Positions 15,152 to 28,035 of a DNA stretch of 64,000 nucleotides are shown piece after piece. The DNA is from Klebsormidium nitens (lineage: Eukaryota > Plantae > Klebsormidiophyceae). The stretch is from NCBI GenBank assembly GCA_000708835.1, contig DF237307.1, forward strand, positions 1-64,000. The letters run 5' to 3'. A program made the position numbers and the translations under genes. Numbering within the stretch: position 1 is the stretch's first letter; each line of letters begins with the position of its first letter. Under the pieces are notes generated by a model that saw only the letters and a program-made list of their open reading frames with translations, was not told the origin of the DNA and did no database searches.

Positions 15152-18100
15152 TTATGTGGGAGGCGGCGCCGTCCAGTGTTCTGCAACCGGCCCCACGTCG
15201 TGGATGATCTCGCGGTGGCTCGACCACACCAGCTGGATGGCCTCCCGTGTCCCAATCCCGGCACCCCGCGGGTCGCCGCAAGGACCGAACCTGGCATGCG
15301 ACGGGCGCGCTGCTCAGCTCAGGTGCAGCGAGATCAGGCGAGCAGCGGTGCAGCTACGTGGACAGCGGGGCGCGTGCACAAGAGCAGCACGGGACCAGGG
15401 TCCTCCACAAAGAAGGGCCGCCAGTTACACCCGGGGCACCTGTTGGCCGCCGTGGCCGCTCACCAGTGGTTCTGCGGCGCCCCCGTGGTGCGTGCTCTGA
15501 TGCCCGCGTACGTGGTGCCGTTCACCGTGCTGCCCAGCACCTCCTGCACGCACGCCGCCACGCGTCAGCGACAGACACCCAGCCATGCGGGCGCAGAGAG
15601 CAGGCAAGGAGACGGGCAGCATCCGCCCCGCCCGCGTCTCTGTTTGGCAGCACAGCGCGCGCGCAGGGCGGGGAGCGGCTGACCTGCAGGAAGAGCGCGT
15701 CGTTGGAGACGACGGCGGCGGTGAGGTGCGCGTGCATGCGCTCCAGGGCCTCCAGCACGGCCGGCAGCTGCGCGCTCGTGTACGCCGTCAGGATCTGCGC
15801 GCACACGCCAGGCTCAGCAGGGGGGCGCCACGCAAGCGGGGCGGCAATAGAAGCTTCTTACGCCAAGAGGTGCAGGCCGGCGCCGGCAGAGAGGAGCGGG
15901 CGTCGGCCCGCGCTCCGTGGGGCCGCTGTGCGGCGTGACGTCCCCCGGCTCTCGGGCGCACCTGGAAGGGCCCGAACACCTCCGTGGTGGCCAGGCGGAA
16001 GGCCTCCTCCGACCCCAGCAGCGTCTCCAGCGGCACGAACACGGCCGTCGGCTCAATGGCGCCGTACACGGGCGGGATGCGGTGCCCGCGCAACGGCTGG
16101 NNNNNNNNNNNNNNNNNNNNNNNNNNNNNNNNNNNNNNNNNNNNNNNNNNNNNNNNNNNNNNNNNNNNNNNNNNNNNNNNNNNNNNNNNNNNNNNNNNNN
16201 NNNNNNNNNNNNNNNNNNNNNNNNNNNNNNNNNNNNNNNNNNNNNNNNNNNNNNNNNNNNNNNNNNNNNNNNNNNNNNNNNNNNNNNNNNNNNNNNNNNN
16301 NNNNNNNNNNNNNNNNNNNNNNNNNNNNNNNNNNNNNNNNNNNNNNNNNNNNNNNNNNNNNNNNNNNNNNNNNNNNNNNNNGGCCGCCGAACGCGAGGCG
16401 CGCCCCCGGCAGCTGCAGCACCGCGGCAATGTGCTCCAGCAGCTGGGGGGTGGTCCACTGCGAGACACGGACGCAGGGGAAGGAGGAGCGCGCGGGGGTC
16501 AGGGCAGGCGGGCACGAGCAGGGACGCGCCACCGCAGAAGGAGAAATGAGGAGAGGCACGCAAGCAGGTGCCACGCTGGGGCGGCGGGGGAGAGGTGCGG
16601 GCAGCCGGAGAACAGGCGGGGCGAGAAGGGAAAGGACGAGCGGGCTCACTGTGAGCACGGGCCCGATGGAGAGGTCGTCGAGGTGGCGCTGCGCGGCGCG
16701 CTGAGCCAGCTTCTGCTCCAGGCCTGCCTCCACCCAGTTCTGCAAGCGGAGATGAGGCGAGCGGTGAGCAGCAGAGGCCCGCGACTAAGCACTGAAAGGG
16801 TTCGCCTATGCCGAATCCAATCAAGCTGCACATCACTTGCGGGCCACCATGGGACTCGGGGCCTCGCAGACAGTTGCCATCGGTCAGACGAGGGCGAGCC
16901 CCCTGTTCGCCCCACGGCCGGCGCTGCGTGTGCTGCGGACCTGGTGCATGAACAGGATGGACTGCGCGGAGCACTTTTGGCCGCTGCACGCGTACGCGTC
17001 CTGGTCCGCCTGCCACGCCACGTACTCCGCCGCCGCCACGTCCGGCCCCAGCACCTTCCAGTCGAACCCGGCGTCCTCCACGCGAACGCGCCCGCGCAGG
17101 TCCCCCGCCAGCCGCTCCGCCACCGCACTGCTGCCCGTGAACAGCGTGTTGCGCGGCGCCGCCTGCACGCGCACCGCCACGCAGGGTCAGGGGGGCGGGA
17201 GGCGGAAAGGGGAGGCGCGGGGTAGCCGAGAGATGCGAGCGTAGGGGCAGGCGCAAGGCACGGCGGGCAGGGAGTGAGGGGGGGTGCTGACCTGGAGGAG
17301 GAGGTGGTGCATGGTGGGCCCGTCGCAGTGCAGCAGGTCGGCGTCGGCGGGGGGCATGCCCGCGGCGTGCAGCAGGCGCAGGAACTGGTCCATCACAATG
17401 CTCACCTGCGGCCAGCCACGCACAAGCAGCGCCCGTCACAGGCACGCCAAGGCAGCGAGGGCGGCCGGGACGAGTCGCCGGGAGGAGGGGAGGAGGGCAA
17501 ACGGGAAGGAGGGGGGAGACGAACGTCACTTGCGCATGAAGGACCAGACGTGCAACATGACAGGCACTGGAGGCTTGCTGGTGCTCAAAGCGAGCGTGAA
17601 GGAGATGATCCCGAAAAGAAGACGAATTTGGGAGAAGGTCAATGGACAGACCCTTCCTCTGGAAACCTGTCCGACCATCATAGGTGGTGTACAAAGACTT
17701 TCTTTGTGGCGACTTGACCATTTTACCGACATCTACGGGCCCCAGCTTTATCCAGAAGGTCCTTGAGCGGGACCCTTTCAGGGCCTCGGTGTGCCTCCCC
17801 CAGCCCGTGGCGCTGGGCAGCCCCTGGTGGCCACCCGCGCTGGGGCGTACCTTGGAGTCGACCTTGAGCAGCGGCTTGTTGCCCATGTAGAGCGCGCCCA
17901 TGAGCTGCAGCGCGGGGATCTCCAGCGGGAAGTTGAACGGCGTGATCAGCGCCACCTGCCACGCCCGCCGCGCTGTCAGCAAGGGGCCGCGCAGCTACGG
18001 AGCGGGGAAACCCAGCAAGCAAACGACACTGACTCCAGCTTTCTTTGTTCAATCGCAAGAGGGCCTCTCGCCACACCGTTTAAAGCACAGAGCACGCAAG

Positions 18101-19744
18101 ATGCTGGCAGCATGGGTGCCGCCTGGGTGGGGCCAGCCTAGGGGCGGGTGGCGATGCTGACCGCTCCAAACGGCCAGCGGAAGCCGCTGCTCTGCTGGCC
18201 GGAGTGGTCCCCAGGGTTGGCAAACGAGCGCGCCAGGAAGCGGACCTGGTCCCCCGAGAAATTCTGCGCCACACACAACCACGCTCACGTGTCAGCCGGC
18301 CAGCGCAGCAGGAGCACACAAGGCCCGGGGGGGCACCACTGAGCACAGCCTGCAGCCCGGGGCCAGAATGGAGGTCAGCAGAGAGAGGTGCCTCCTGTTG
18401 TAGGGGGCGGTAGCGGGGGCGCTAACCTCGAAGAACTTGCGCGTGACGACCACCTCCCCCAGCGCCTGCGGCAGGCTCTTGGGCGACACCCGCTGGATGA
18501 GGCGGGCAAAGAAGTGCGCGGTGGCATCTTCGCGCAGCATGGCCGCCACGCGAGCAGAGATGGCGCCATAAGCCACATAGCTGCAGCAGGGCAGGGGAGA
18601 GTCACGCAGCGCCCAGGAGAAAGGCCCAGCCTGCCACGCCCGCCCCGCCAGCATGCCCAGACACATGCAGCATGGCAGGCCTGGCCTCAAGACAGAGCAG
18701 CGAAGGCGCCGCTCCGGACAAGACTACGCCAGCAGCTTCTGGCGGCAGGCGCAGCCACAAGGCTCACCGGTCAGGGTGCTTGAACGGATTGTGCAGGCCA
18801 GACTTGGGGACGCTCTTCAGGCTCGCAATGAATGGCTGCACGGGGGGAACGAGAGGCACGAGTGGGACAAGGGGGGAAGGGGGAGGGGGAACAGGCAGGT
18901 GCCACTAGTGTCATCAGTGCTGCACGCAGGTCGCTTTGGGCCAGAGCTTCGGTGAGCAGCATCCCCCTCTTGCAGGAAGCTGTGGGTGCCCGCACTCACC
19001 GCACACTCATCGCGCTGGGTATTGGGGATGGTCAGAAAGGGCTCCCCTGTGAGGGGGTCCGGGATAGGCACTGCCGATGCAGATGACGTCCACTCGCCAC
19101 CAACTGCACAGGGAGAAATGATCAGGTGGCCACGCGGTGGGGCAGGACAAATATGCGGCCAATGAAAGGTGGTCAACGACGGTGGCACGCTGGAAGCTGC
19201 CTGCAAGTTGAGACGGGACCTACGGCAATCGGAGCAGCTGTTGGAAGCTGTCAAGACAAGGCCAGCTGCACCAATGGCCCGCCCCTCAATCAGATTCACT
19301 GCCAATCAGCCCTGCTGTCTCTGAGGCTAGCGTGTGCCCCTAGCGGACGGCAAAACTGCCCCCTGCCCACCACCACCAAGCAATCACAGGTGTCCGCACT
19401 GCCTACCGAGATTGTAGGCGGTGCCTGGCTGGCTGCCTGATAGCGCGTCTGGGTCCAGAGTCGCAAATGAAGGCACGCTTGCAAACCTGAAAGAAGGAGA
19501 ATAGAAGAACAAATGGATGGTTGTAGCTTCATTCAATCAGAGATGCTAACAGAATCACAATACATGTGATGGCTGCAGGCGAACAACTTGTGCTGATTAG
19601 AAACTTGAAACGATGCAATCCTTTCTTGGAAACCTATCTGGCTAAGAGCCAGAAAACGCTCAAAGCTTCCACTCACATTCTTCTGAAAACAAGCCTTGAA
19701 CTTGATAGCAACACGCCATGGTGAGGGAATTGCGCAAGAGCCAT
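15152..19744 (-). CDS. P5CDH: Delta-1-pyrroline-5-carboxylate dehydrogenase (ALDH12A1), mitochondrial
   Basis: Exons FATLDPDALSGSQP, DPLTGEPF, FFARLIQRVSPKS..GEVVVTRKF, ITPFNFPLEIPALQLMGALYMGNKPLLKVDSK, LFTGSSAVAERL, EDAGFDWKVLGPD, YACSGQKCSAQS, VNGTTYAGIRARTTGAPQNHWFGP.GDPRGAGIGT. Stop TAA at 15152-15154. Start ATG at 19744 is inferred. Confidence 0.93.
16101..16381. other. Assembly gap (281 N) within P5CDH
   Basis: Flanks read ...PGARLAFGG and QPLRGHRIPPVYGAIEPTAV..., which are adjacent in ALDH12 proteins. Confidence 0.95.
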
Positions 19745-20273
19745 CCTGATTGAGAAGGACCTAAAGGCGAAGCATCTCTCTCTCCTTGATTGGCATAAAC
19801 ACAGCTGAGCAGCTCATGCAGAAAATATGTGAATGGCCCATTCACCACCGAGCTGCAGCAGCATGCGAGCATGTACCTATCCTATCCGGGACCTATCATT
19901 GGGGGCACTGCGATCAAAACACGACGACAATCCGTCCGATGAAATTTGAATGTGAGATCGCAGCCGTCCGAGGCGTTTGACAAGTAGGGCGCTTGAAATG
20001 GTGCGCGAGCGAAAGTACTTGTCATGCGGCAGTGTCTGACCAGGGCCTCCAAGATCAAGTCAAATGGTCGATACTTCCTTCAGGTATAGTAGGTCAACCC
20101 AGACTCACGGTCCGTATCGAGAAAAACCCTCGTAAAGCCATTTTGGTTTTACGAGCAAATCGTTCGATGTCCGTAGATCCGTATTGGACAAATTTATCGT
20201 ATTCGCTAGGGCCATATTGGAGGATTTGCTCGATACGCAGAATGCCCTATCGAGCAATTTGCTCGATTTTTGG

Positions 20274-21150
20274 GGGATAGTCGCAATCCAGGCCGATTGA
20301 AATCCAGGCCCGGAATGTTCGGGCGATCCAGGCCGTTCAGAGTTAGGGCCATATTGGAGGGTTTACTATGTATTTGGAGTTTTCGTTATTAAATGTCCGC
20401 TGAGCCGGCCTCCCGAGTCCTGGCCGGACATCCGCACGCCTTCGCAAACCGAGTGCTTTAGGCAGACTTGCCGGGATGATTGAAAGGAGATGTCGAAATT
20501 GGATATATAATATGCTCGACAAGAAATATTGGAGTATCAATAGGCAATATGTAAGCATTTTGCCGCCGAGTGTGACTGTACCTGTTACTGTTACTGTACC
20601 GGTAAGTGTAACCGTAGCAATGACTATGCCTTGTGCACTTGTGGTTAGCTATTACCAGCTAAGTTACCTATTACCATAGTGTACCTACGTAGCTGTAACT
20701 GTGACTGTGACTGTGACTGTGACTGTGACTGTGACTGTGACTACACTACAGTTGTAGTAACTGTAACTATAACCTTGGACGTGACCGTGACCGTGCATGT
20801 AACTGTAACTGTAACTGTAACTGTAACTGTAGCCGTAGCCGTAATTTGTAACTGTGCTTGGCTTGCCGCAAGATGCCGCAAGATTTTTCAAACAATTAAA
20901 TGTAAAATTGTCTGCTTGTAACTTAAGGAAAATCCTGCTTATAGCCGCTGAGTCAGTTGCCCCGTAAGATGTTCGAGGCGACCGGTTGTACGGGCCCTCT
21001 GGCCCAAGGGGCATGGGGTAAAACCAGGCTGGAAACATTGTGACCGGTAACCAAGGGTATCAGGGTGCAACCCGGTCAAAACTTTCAACGGCCTGGATCG
21101 TCCGGCCTGGATCGGCCTCGATTTCAATCGGCCTGGATTGCTACTATCCC
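20274..21150. mobile_element. Second TIR element nested in the 20095-21690 element
   Basis: Left gggatagtcgcaatccaggccgattgaaatccagg matches the reverse complement of the right end (gggatagtagcaatccaggccgattgaaatcgagg). Internal atccaggcc repeats. Flanks atttttgg and ttttttgg suggest an 8-bp TSD with one mismatch. Confidence 0.65.
20572..20850. repeat. Degenerate hexamer microsatellite (GTGACT / GTAACT / GTAGCC)n
   Basis: Perfect (gtgact) run near 20701-20742 and (gtaact) run near 20799-20828, with degenerate copies around them. Confidence 0.9.
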
Positions 21151-23477
21151 TTTTTTGGACCGAGGCGCCTAGATCTCCGGTACTTTCAGGGGTCGGTCCG
21201 GACGATTTCCGCCGTCGATCCAGGTGATCGCCGCGACCCACAACATCGGTCCACACGACCGCCAGGATCGCGGTACATAAAGGACGGTACCCCTATGGGT
21301 GGTTGGTCGGGGTGTGCAACTCCCCGGGGACACCGGACACTTCCCCTCTAGACTAGTAGTTTAGGGACCGTGGCACCCGAGAAGCAACCGGGCCCTCCCT
21401 GTGACATTAGGGTCTCGCGGGCAACCGGCGAACAACCGAGCAACTACCTGGGGCAACCGGGCATTCCCGCCTTAGGGTTACACCACTGCGAGTGACAACC
21501 GGGCAAGTACTTTTTTTTTTGTGTGTGCCCGGGGCTTTTCAAAAATCGAGACTTTTTCCCAATAGGCGCTACCAGAAAACGAGCAATTTGATCGATACAC
21601 GGCCGGCCGTATCGAGCAATTTGTTCAATATGCTTCCGATGGCTTTACCGTTACGAGAGGTTTTCTCGATACGGCCGTGAGTCTGGGTTGAGTAGGTACT
21701 TTGAATCTACAGTTTGTTAGTATCGAGCAGCTCTGGCGTCAGCAGGATATCCGATGCAGAAGACGTAGGATAATATTCGGATCCGTGCATCATTGCACTG
21801 CATCGAGTCAATGCAGTCTCGTGATACCTGATCAGCGCGCTGGCTCTTGAGCTGAGTCATCATGCATCGGTCTGATCAGAGCACCTTTGGAGATCAGTAG
21901 TTTTGAGCCTGCGGCTCTTCAGACTCAGGGGGACCGCTGGTGGGGAGCACGAAGGGACTGGCTAACGCCGGGGTTGACCGCCAACGACAGGCAGCTGCAT
22001 GCGCCTCTTGTCTTCCTGGCTGGCCGCGTGAGGGTCTCCGATCGCAATAAGTCAACGACTTCGAAGGCCTACAGAGCTTCTGGTGGCCCGGCCGTCCGCC
22101 AGTTGTACCGCCCGTTTGCCATACTACTATAGAGCTTTACAAAGCCACATGGATGTGTGGGCTGCCGGGCAAGCCTCACGGTGAATAGGTCAGCTTTGTA
22201 GACCCAATACCAGGCATCAACCTAAGATATTCTCGAGTGGAACGCCTATCGGAGGTTCTGCATTGATCCGCTAGGTTGCTACGACGAAGGAGAAAGAAAC
22301 CCGCAAGCGGAATCCCTCTGGAGATCCCAACAATGTGATGAGAGGCGAAGGAGATGATAGATCCAGCTGCCCAACTTGGCACGGACATCAAAAGACGGGG
22401 ATGGTGAATCGAAAGTAAGATCTGAAAAGATGGAGGTATCATCCTGATTTTCAAGTGTATACTAGGTTCCAATAGGTGCTGCTTCATCGGAGCAATTTTG
22501 TAAGCTTGACTTCCTGCAACGCGGTATGTTTGATCCTTCATAGGAAGTTTTGGAAAGACACTTCCGATCCAGTTCTGGTAGTTCAACATGCAAGCCAACG
22601 GCATGCAATCTCACACCGTCGAATAAACATCCCTTGCGGGGCCTCCAAACAGTCACGGGCAGGAAAGCACATGAGGACCTTGCTCCAGACTGCGGATTGT
22701 GAAAAACTCTTTTCTTGGCCACTGGGCCAATGCAATTTATCAGCGGAGAGCAAAGCGGCAGACTTTTGTCATTGTGTCAAGGATGATGTACCATTGAGGT
22801 GAACTTCGTTCAGTCTCAGTTAAGAAGATCTAGCTGGGGGCTCTGCTGGCGGACAAGGCAGCAACTGTAGCAGATGTGATTTGAGAGCCTACACATTGGT
22901 TGCAAGTCAGGTCGAGCAAGGAATCATTACAGTTTTACCCCACGAATTATCCAAGGAAGAAGCAACGTGAGCACTTAGATTGCTGGCGTAATGGAGATGG
23001 ACTGACTGTACTGCTGAGTGCAGCAGTGACTTTGCAATGGATACAATGTGCAATGCTGTCAACGACCATTTGACGTCGTTTGTACAGCAGCTTTGAAAAT
23101 CTCAAAAGCGTATTCTTGCAGAAATGGAAATAGTAGGAGAAAGTTCAAACCTCAAGATGGAATCACTTAGCTTTGTACTATCTTCCATCTGCCGAGCAAG
23201 TTCAGTGGTCAATCACTGCAGCTCGAACTGCAGTTACAAGTCACAGGATACTTAGTATGATAAAACAGTGTACGCGGCAGACATTCCTGGATTGCCAGTC
23301 TTACCAATATGGGATTCTCTGGGTGCTCCTTGAACACGTTGCTGAATGCTGCAAGGGACATCCGCTGTCCCACGCTGCGTAACGCAAGGCCGATCTGTTA
23401 CTGGTGCCTGCCTGCAGGTAAGCGACGGGAGCACCAAGCGCACGCGCGAGCTCCTCTGCGCCGCGCCACATGCCAGG

Positions 23478-26400
23478 ATGCAGAACGACGAGAGGAAGGC
23501 GGCCCCAGACGCGGAGGGCAGCGTGCACCGGCCGCGCAGAGGGACGCTCACGCTGGGCGGGGCGCATGGAGGCGCGTCCCCGCCGCCCAGCGCTCTCCCG
23601 GCGCACCTGGCCAACAACGTGCGCCACAGCCGGGCGCCGAGCATCGCAAACGTCTCCGTGCTGGACACCCTCTTCTTTGAGGACGTCACGACCGGCGCCA
23701 AGAGTGAGCACGGAGACTCGTCCCCGCTGATGTCCCCCGGCACGTCCACCAGCGGGGCCGACTACGAGCCGAGGCAATGGGCCACGGACGAAGGGCCGGG
23801 GGGGGAGGGCGAAGCGGAGAGCGCAACGCCCTTGGATCCACGGCTGGCTCTCGAGGTGACCTCCTATGTCCCTCCCCAAATTCACAGCTCAAGAACCCAA
23901 TTCAGTGACCGAGAATTATAGGTTGCTTGCAGCATCAGAAACATAGGTGCAACCCGTATTAAACCAGTCACAGTGTCGTCGAGGCTTGGCCTCGCCTGCG
24001 CGCTCAGGCACCGGTCCAGCAGTGCTCCTGGTTCCTTCGCCAGTCGCTCTCCCCCGTGGACCCATCCGGTACGCTGCCTGTCTGCTGCCTGCAGGGCGCT
24101 CTACAGGACGCCGACGAGTCCGAGCTGGCCACGGCGCCCTTCGCCTTCGCCAGCCCTGACCGCGCCTCGGCGGTCCTGGAGCAGATCTTGCAACCGCCGA
24201 AACAATCGGTAAGACAGCGAACACGTCCAAGCGAAGTCTTCACCACTGCGGCCACTCGGATTACGTTGGAAGTTGGCGTTATATCTGCATGGTAGACCGG
24301 CTCGCCCCTGGTCCTACAGAAGGCGCCACACTGATGTAACCTCGTCGCTCCTTCCAGCCAAGCGATCGGGCCGCGTACTCGCGGCGGGGCTCCCTCCAAC
24401 ACGGCGACGACCTTCCACCGGGCCATGCGGCCACGCCAGCGTTCATGGTGAGAAAGCAGGACACATGGCGCTCTCTGAGGCATCAGATTCTCGTATAATT
24501 GGATACGACTTCGGCCAAAGAAGACCACAGCAGTACGGATATTAACGGAAGAGGCGGACGACAGCGAGGTTATAGCAGTAGTGAATCTATGCATGGCCTA
24601 CAGCCGACTGCTCGTTCCTTCACACCCGCTATGGTAGAACGCAAGATAGCACTGAGATGGAGCTGCCCGCGGTCGACGAGGTGGTCTGTTTAGTCCGCTG
24701 CCCCGCGGTCTTTTGAGTGTTCCCTCGGTGTGGCCCCCGCAGGAGATCTACCCGTCCCCCGGCCTGTCCGCTCGGGACCGGACCATGAGTGGCGGCCCCA
24801 AGACCGTGGGGCGATGGTGGAAGGACTGGAAGGAGAGGAAGAAGGAGGTGAGCAACACCAGCCGCCGGATGCTTACAGTCGCCCTGTTCTACTGGTGGAC
24901 GGCTGCGCTCGCCTCCGGCTCTGTGAGGGTATCGGAAACAGTTGAATGTTCACTCAGGACCATCACATACGGCAGCCAACAGCCCACAACTCAACAAAGG
25001 TTGGATCTGACGTCATTCAAGCGCTCGAAAGCGGAGATTGCTCGAGTCCATTCGCGTTAAAAGTCAGTTCAGCGAAGGGTCATCCTTCGTTTGACAAGCA
25101 GGCACGAGCTGGTTGACATGGGCTTCCAATCACAAGGAGTCAGTTCCTAAGAAGTCCTCCCGTCCCGTGCTTGTCGGTCCGCTCGGCCTGTCCGCCGCCC
25201 CGCCTCGCCGCCCCTCTTAGCCTCGCCCTCGCCCGTCCTGAGCTGCTTGTGTTGGGTGGCTGCCCGCGCTCTAGATGACCCGGTCGCACGCGGCGCGGGT
25301 GCACGCGGCGGTGGCGGTGGCGGGCGTGGCGAGTGCGGTGGCGGCAGTTACGGCCGCCACGGCCGCCAACGCCGCCGACGAGGCCGCCACCAAGACCAGC
25401 ATCGCCGTCGCAGCAGCAGCCGCGCTCATCGCAGCGCAGTGCGTCGAGGTGAGGCCCGACGAACATCAGCGGAAGAGACGATGCCTTGGTCGTTCTTTAT
25501 GGTCCTTTACTGCATAGTCCGGATGCTTCTCATACTAGATTAATTGTCTGGAAAATTAAAAGGTAAGACCGTTGTAGGGACCATTGATGCACCTGATGGA
25601 GATGAACGCACGCCCTTAATGAAAATCATCGTAGTCAAAGGCAGAACAGGACTTGGAACGAGTTCTTAACTGCTCTTGCAAAACGCAGGTGTCTTTCTAC
25701 AGGTAGGGTGGATGCTAAGTTGGAGACGCCCTTGTTTGAGGCAACTCTTTTTCTCCCAGGTGGCGGAGGGCCTCGGCGCCAACAAGGAGGACCTCAGTGC
25801 TGTCGTCAGCAGCGCGGTGAACGTCAAGTCCGCGGGGGACATCGTGACCGCCACCGCACAGGCGGCCACAGGTGACGCGGCCACCGGCTCACCGCTGCCA
25901 CAGCACGACTCCTGGAGAAACAAAGAGCACGTCCACATGGCTCTTCTGAGCTTCTTTGAGGTTTCAGACTGTCTTAGCAAACTTTCTAAGCCGTGGGGAA
26001 GTAGCCTATTTCAGCCGTATAGGCGCATGTCAAGTTTCTTTGCCTGCTCTTCTCTTGGACTACAGAATGTGCTGAGTAGACTGACAAATCTGCATCCCTG
26101 CAAATTGGAGGAGAAATATCTAGCAGATTCGTCGAAGAGACCTGAAGTTCACCGTTCCTTTCCCTTCCAAATCGTAAACAGTTCGGGCAAGACCACCCGC
26201 GCCGCTCCCTTGCCCGAACCCCCGGTGTGTTTCCCGTCTCTTCCCGCAGCTCTGCGCGCCTCTGCTACGCTGCGCGCGCGGCAGCCCCCTAGCCGGGCGT
26301 CGTCGTCCCGGGTGGTGCCCACCGGGAGCAACCTCTCGCGGGGACACGGCTCCGCCGCCCAGCTGTCAGGTACGGACACCGGAGACGAGGGACAGACCAG

Positions 26401-28035
26401 CCACGGGTCCGCCTGGAAGGGCAGGCTCCGCATCCGGCCTTCTCTGGCTCGCTAGAGCCTTGCATGAAGAGCAGATTCACACCAAACGCGCTTTGGATCT
26501 TAAGAGCATTCACGCTCGAGCGAGCCGCGACTTCATTGCCAAAAGTCCAATCGCTTCCTTGAAGACATGCGAGTTGCTGTTCACGGAGATCAAATTTTCG
26601 ATCATGTTCTCTGGCGTGTTTCCTACTTGCGTTTTTTAAGAATTGGCAGAGGTCGAGGAAGATGTCGGATGCAAATCGATGTCGCATAATCGTTCCAAAG
26701 TCAAAGGAAGCTCTGCAAATGCACCTCAATGTCTGGGATCGAGCAAAGGACCAACAAGAGTGGTGCCTGCTTCCCGCGCGCGCAGACACCCCGACGGAGG
26801 ACGGCAGCGAGGGCGACAGTCTGCGCGACGACGAGGCGGCGTCCACTGCGGGGCTGCTGGCCATGGCCGCCACGCTCGGCCGGGGCCACGAGCTGCTCAA
26901 ACGATCCAAGAAAGGTGCGCGGCCCGCCAGCACACGACGGAACCTTTTCTACGTTACGTGATTCTTTGGGGAGTCGGTTCTCGTTAAGTAGGAGATCTTT
27001 CCTGTGCGCTAGCCGATAGAAACCTTAGCTTTTACTGTGCCGGGGATAAGTTCTACCATGTTGACACTACTGCTACTTTACTTACTTGTCATAGTATTGG
27101 ATGGCACAGAGGTAGCAAATCGAGACTGCTCCAACCCGCGGAGACTTGTTCGAGGCTTTCTCGAGCATTGACGGCTTCCTGGTGGCACTTGCTCCTCTTC
27201 TGCCAGGACAGAGTGTGGCCCCGCGGCAGCCCTTGTTTCCCGCAGGCAACGCCCTCCTGGTGGCTGCTCCCCCCGCCCGTTCCCGTCTTGTCGCGAAGCA
27301 CAAATGCTCTTTCAGTGCGGAAGCCCCAGCCCAGCCTGACGCGCATGCTCGTGTTCCGTGCAGGCGACCTGCACTTCCGGCGGCTGTCGGTGTACGTGGA
27401 CCGGCACGGCTGTGTGGCGCTGCGGCTGCAGAAGAAAGTGATGGGCGCCATGATGCGCGGGAAGAAGAGTGAGCGCGCCGCCGCCGTGTGACCGCCGCAT
27501 ATTTGATGCTCTACACCGTGTGGGCCGCCTAAACGGGGCATCCACCTCATTCATCCGGGATTCTAAGAGATGTCACAAATAATGCACCAACTTTTGAGTA
27601 AGTTGTCATGTGAGCTCCTTGAGATGTTTCCCGCGACTTCATGTTGCCGCTAATCAACCATTCGCTTTCCACGAACTCGCAAATCAGTTTCGCTGCTTTA
27701 TCCACCTCGACAAGGAAGTGGAGCAACTGGTAGGTCCCATTGCCACTGGTGTGATAACGATCCTTTCCCCCCGCCCAGGGCTTGTCACGGGTATCGATGC
27801 CATTGCGGCGTGGCCGGGGCGGGAGCTGCTGCAGAGCCTGGACGGGCAGGACACCCTGGGTCAGCGCCACTTTTGCATCCGGGCCGGACGGAAGAACCTC
27901 GAGTTTGAGGCCAAGTCGGACCACGAGTGCACCATGTTCATCGAGGGCATCGGGCGCCTGCTCGCGTACGCGGCCTCGCTCAAGCCGCTCCAGGCCGCGG
28001 GCCAGGCCAGCCAGCACCATGCGTCATCAGGGTGA
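23478..28035 (+). CDS. FORKED1 / VAN3-binding protein (auxin canalisation DUF828 + plant PH domain); start uncertain
   Basis: Exons PFAFASPDRASAVLEQIL, GGPKTVGRWWKDWKERKKE, AARVHAAVAVAGVASAVAAVTAATA...KTSIAVAAAAALIAAQCVE|VAEGLGANKEDLSAVVSSAVNVKSAGDIVTATAQAAT|ALRASATLRAR. PH part GHELLKRSKKG|DLHFRRLSVYVDRHG..LRLQKK..|..AWPGRELL..FCIRAGRKNLEFEAKSDHECTMFIEGIGRLL. Confidence 0.88.

Larger units (their letters stand above)
20095..21690. mobile_element. Non-autonomous DNA transposon with about 45-bp imperfect TIRs and a 7-bp target-site duplication
   Basis: Left agtaggt|caacccagactcacggtccgtatcgagaaaaaccctcgtaa. The right end reverse-complements to caacccagactcacggccgtatcgagaaaacctctcgtaa and is followed by agtaggt (21691-21697). 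Subterminal tcgagcaa(ttt) motifs are repeated at both ends. No transposase ORF. Confidence 0.75.

Noticed and set aside
20690-20850. CRISPR-like array
   Set aside because: Simple tandem hexamers with no unique spacers, in a eukaryotic context with no cas genes.
20476-21038. VTVTVT / CDCDCD / YSYSYS repeat ORFs
   Set aside because: These are translations of a hexamer microsatellite inside a transposon-like element.
21355-21485. Interstitial telomere repeats (tttaggg, ttagggtta)
   Set aside because: Only isolated single units, not an array.
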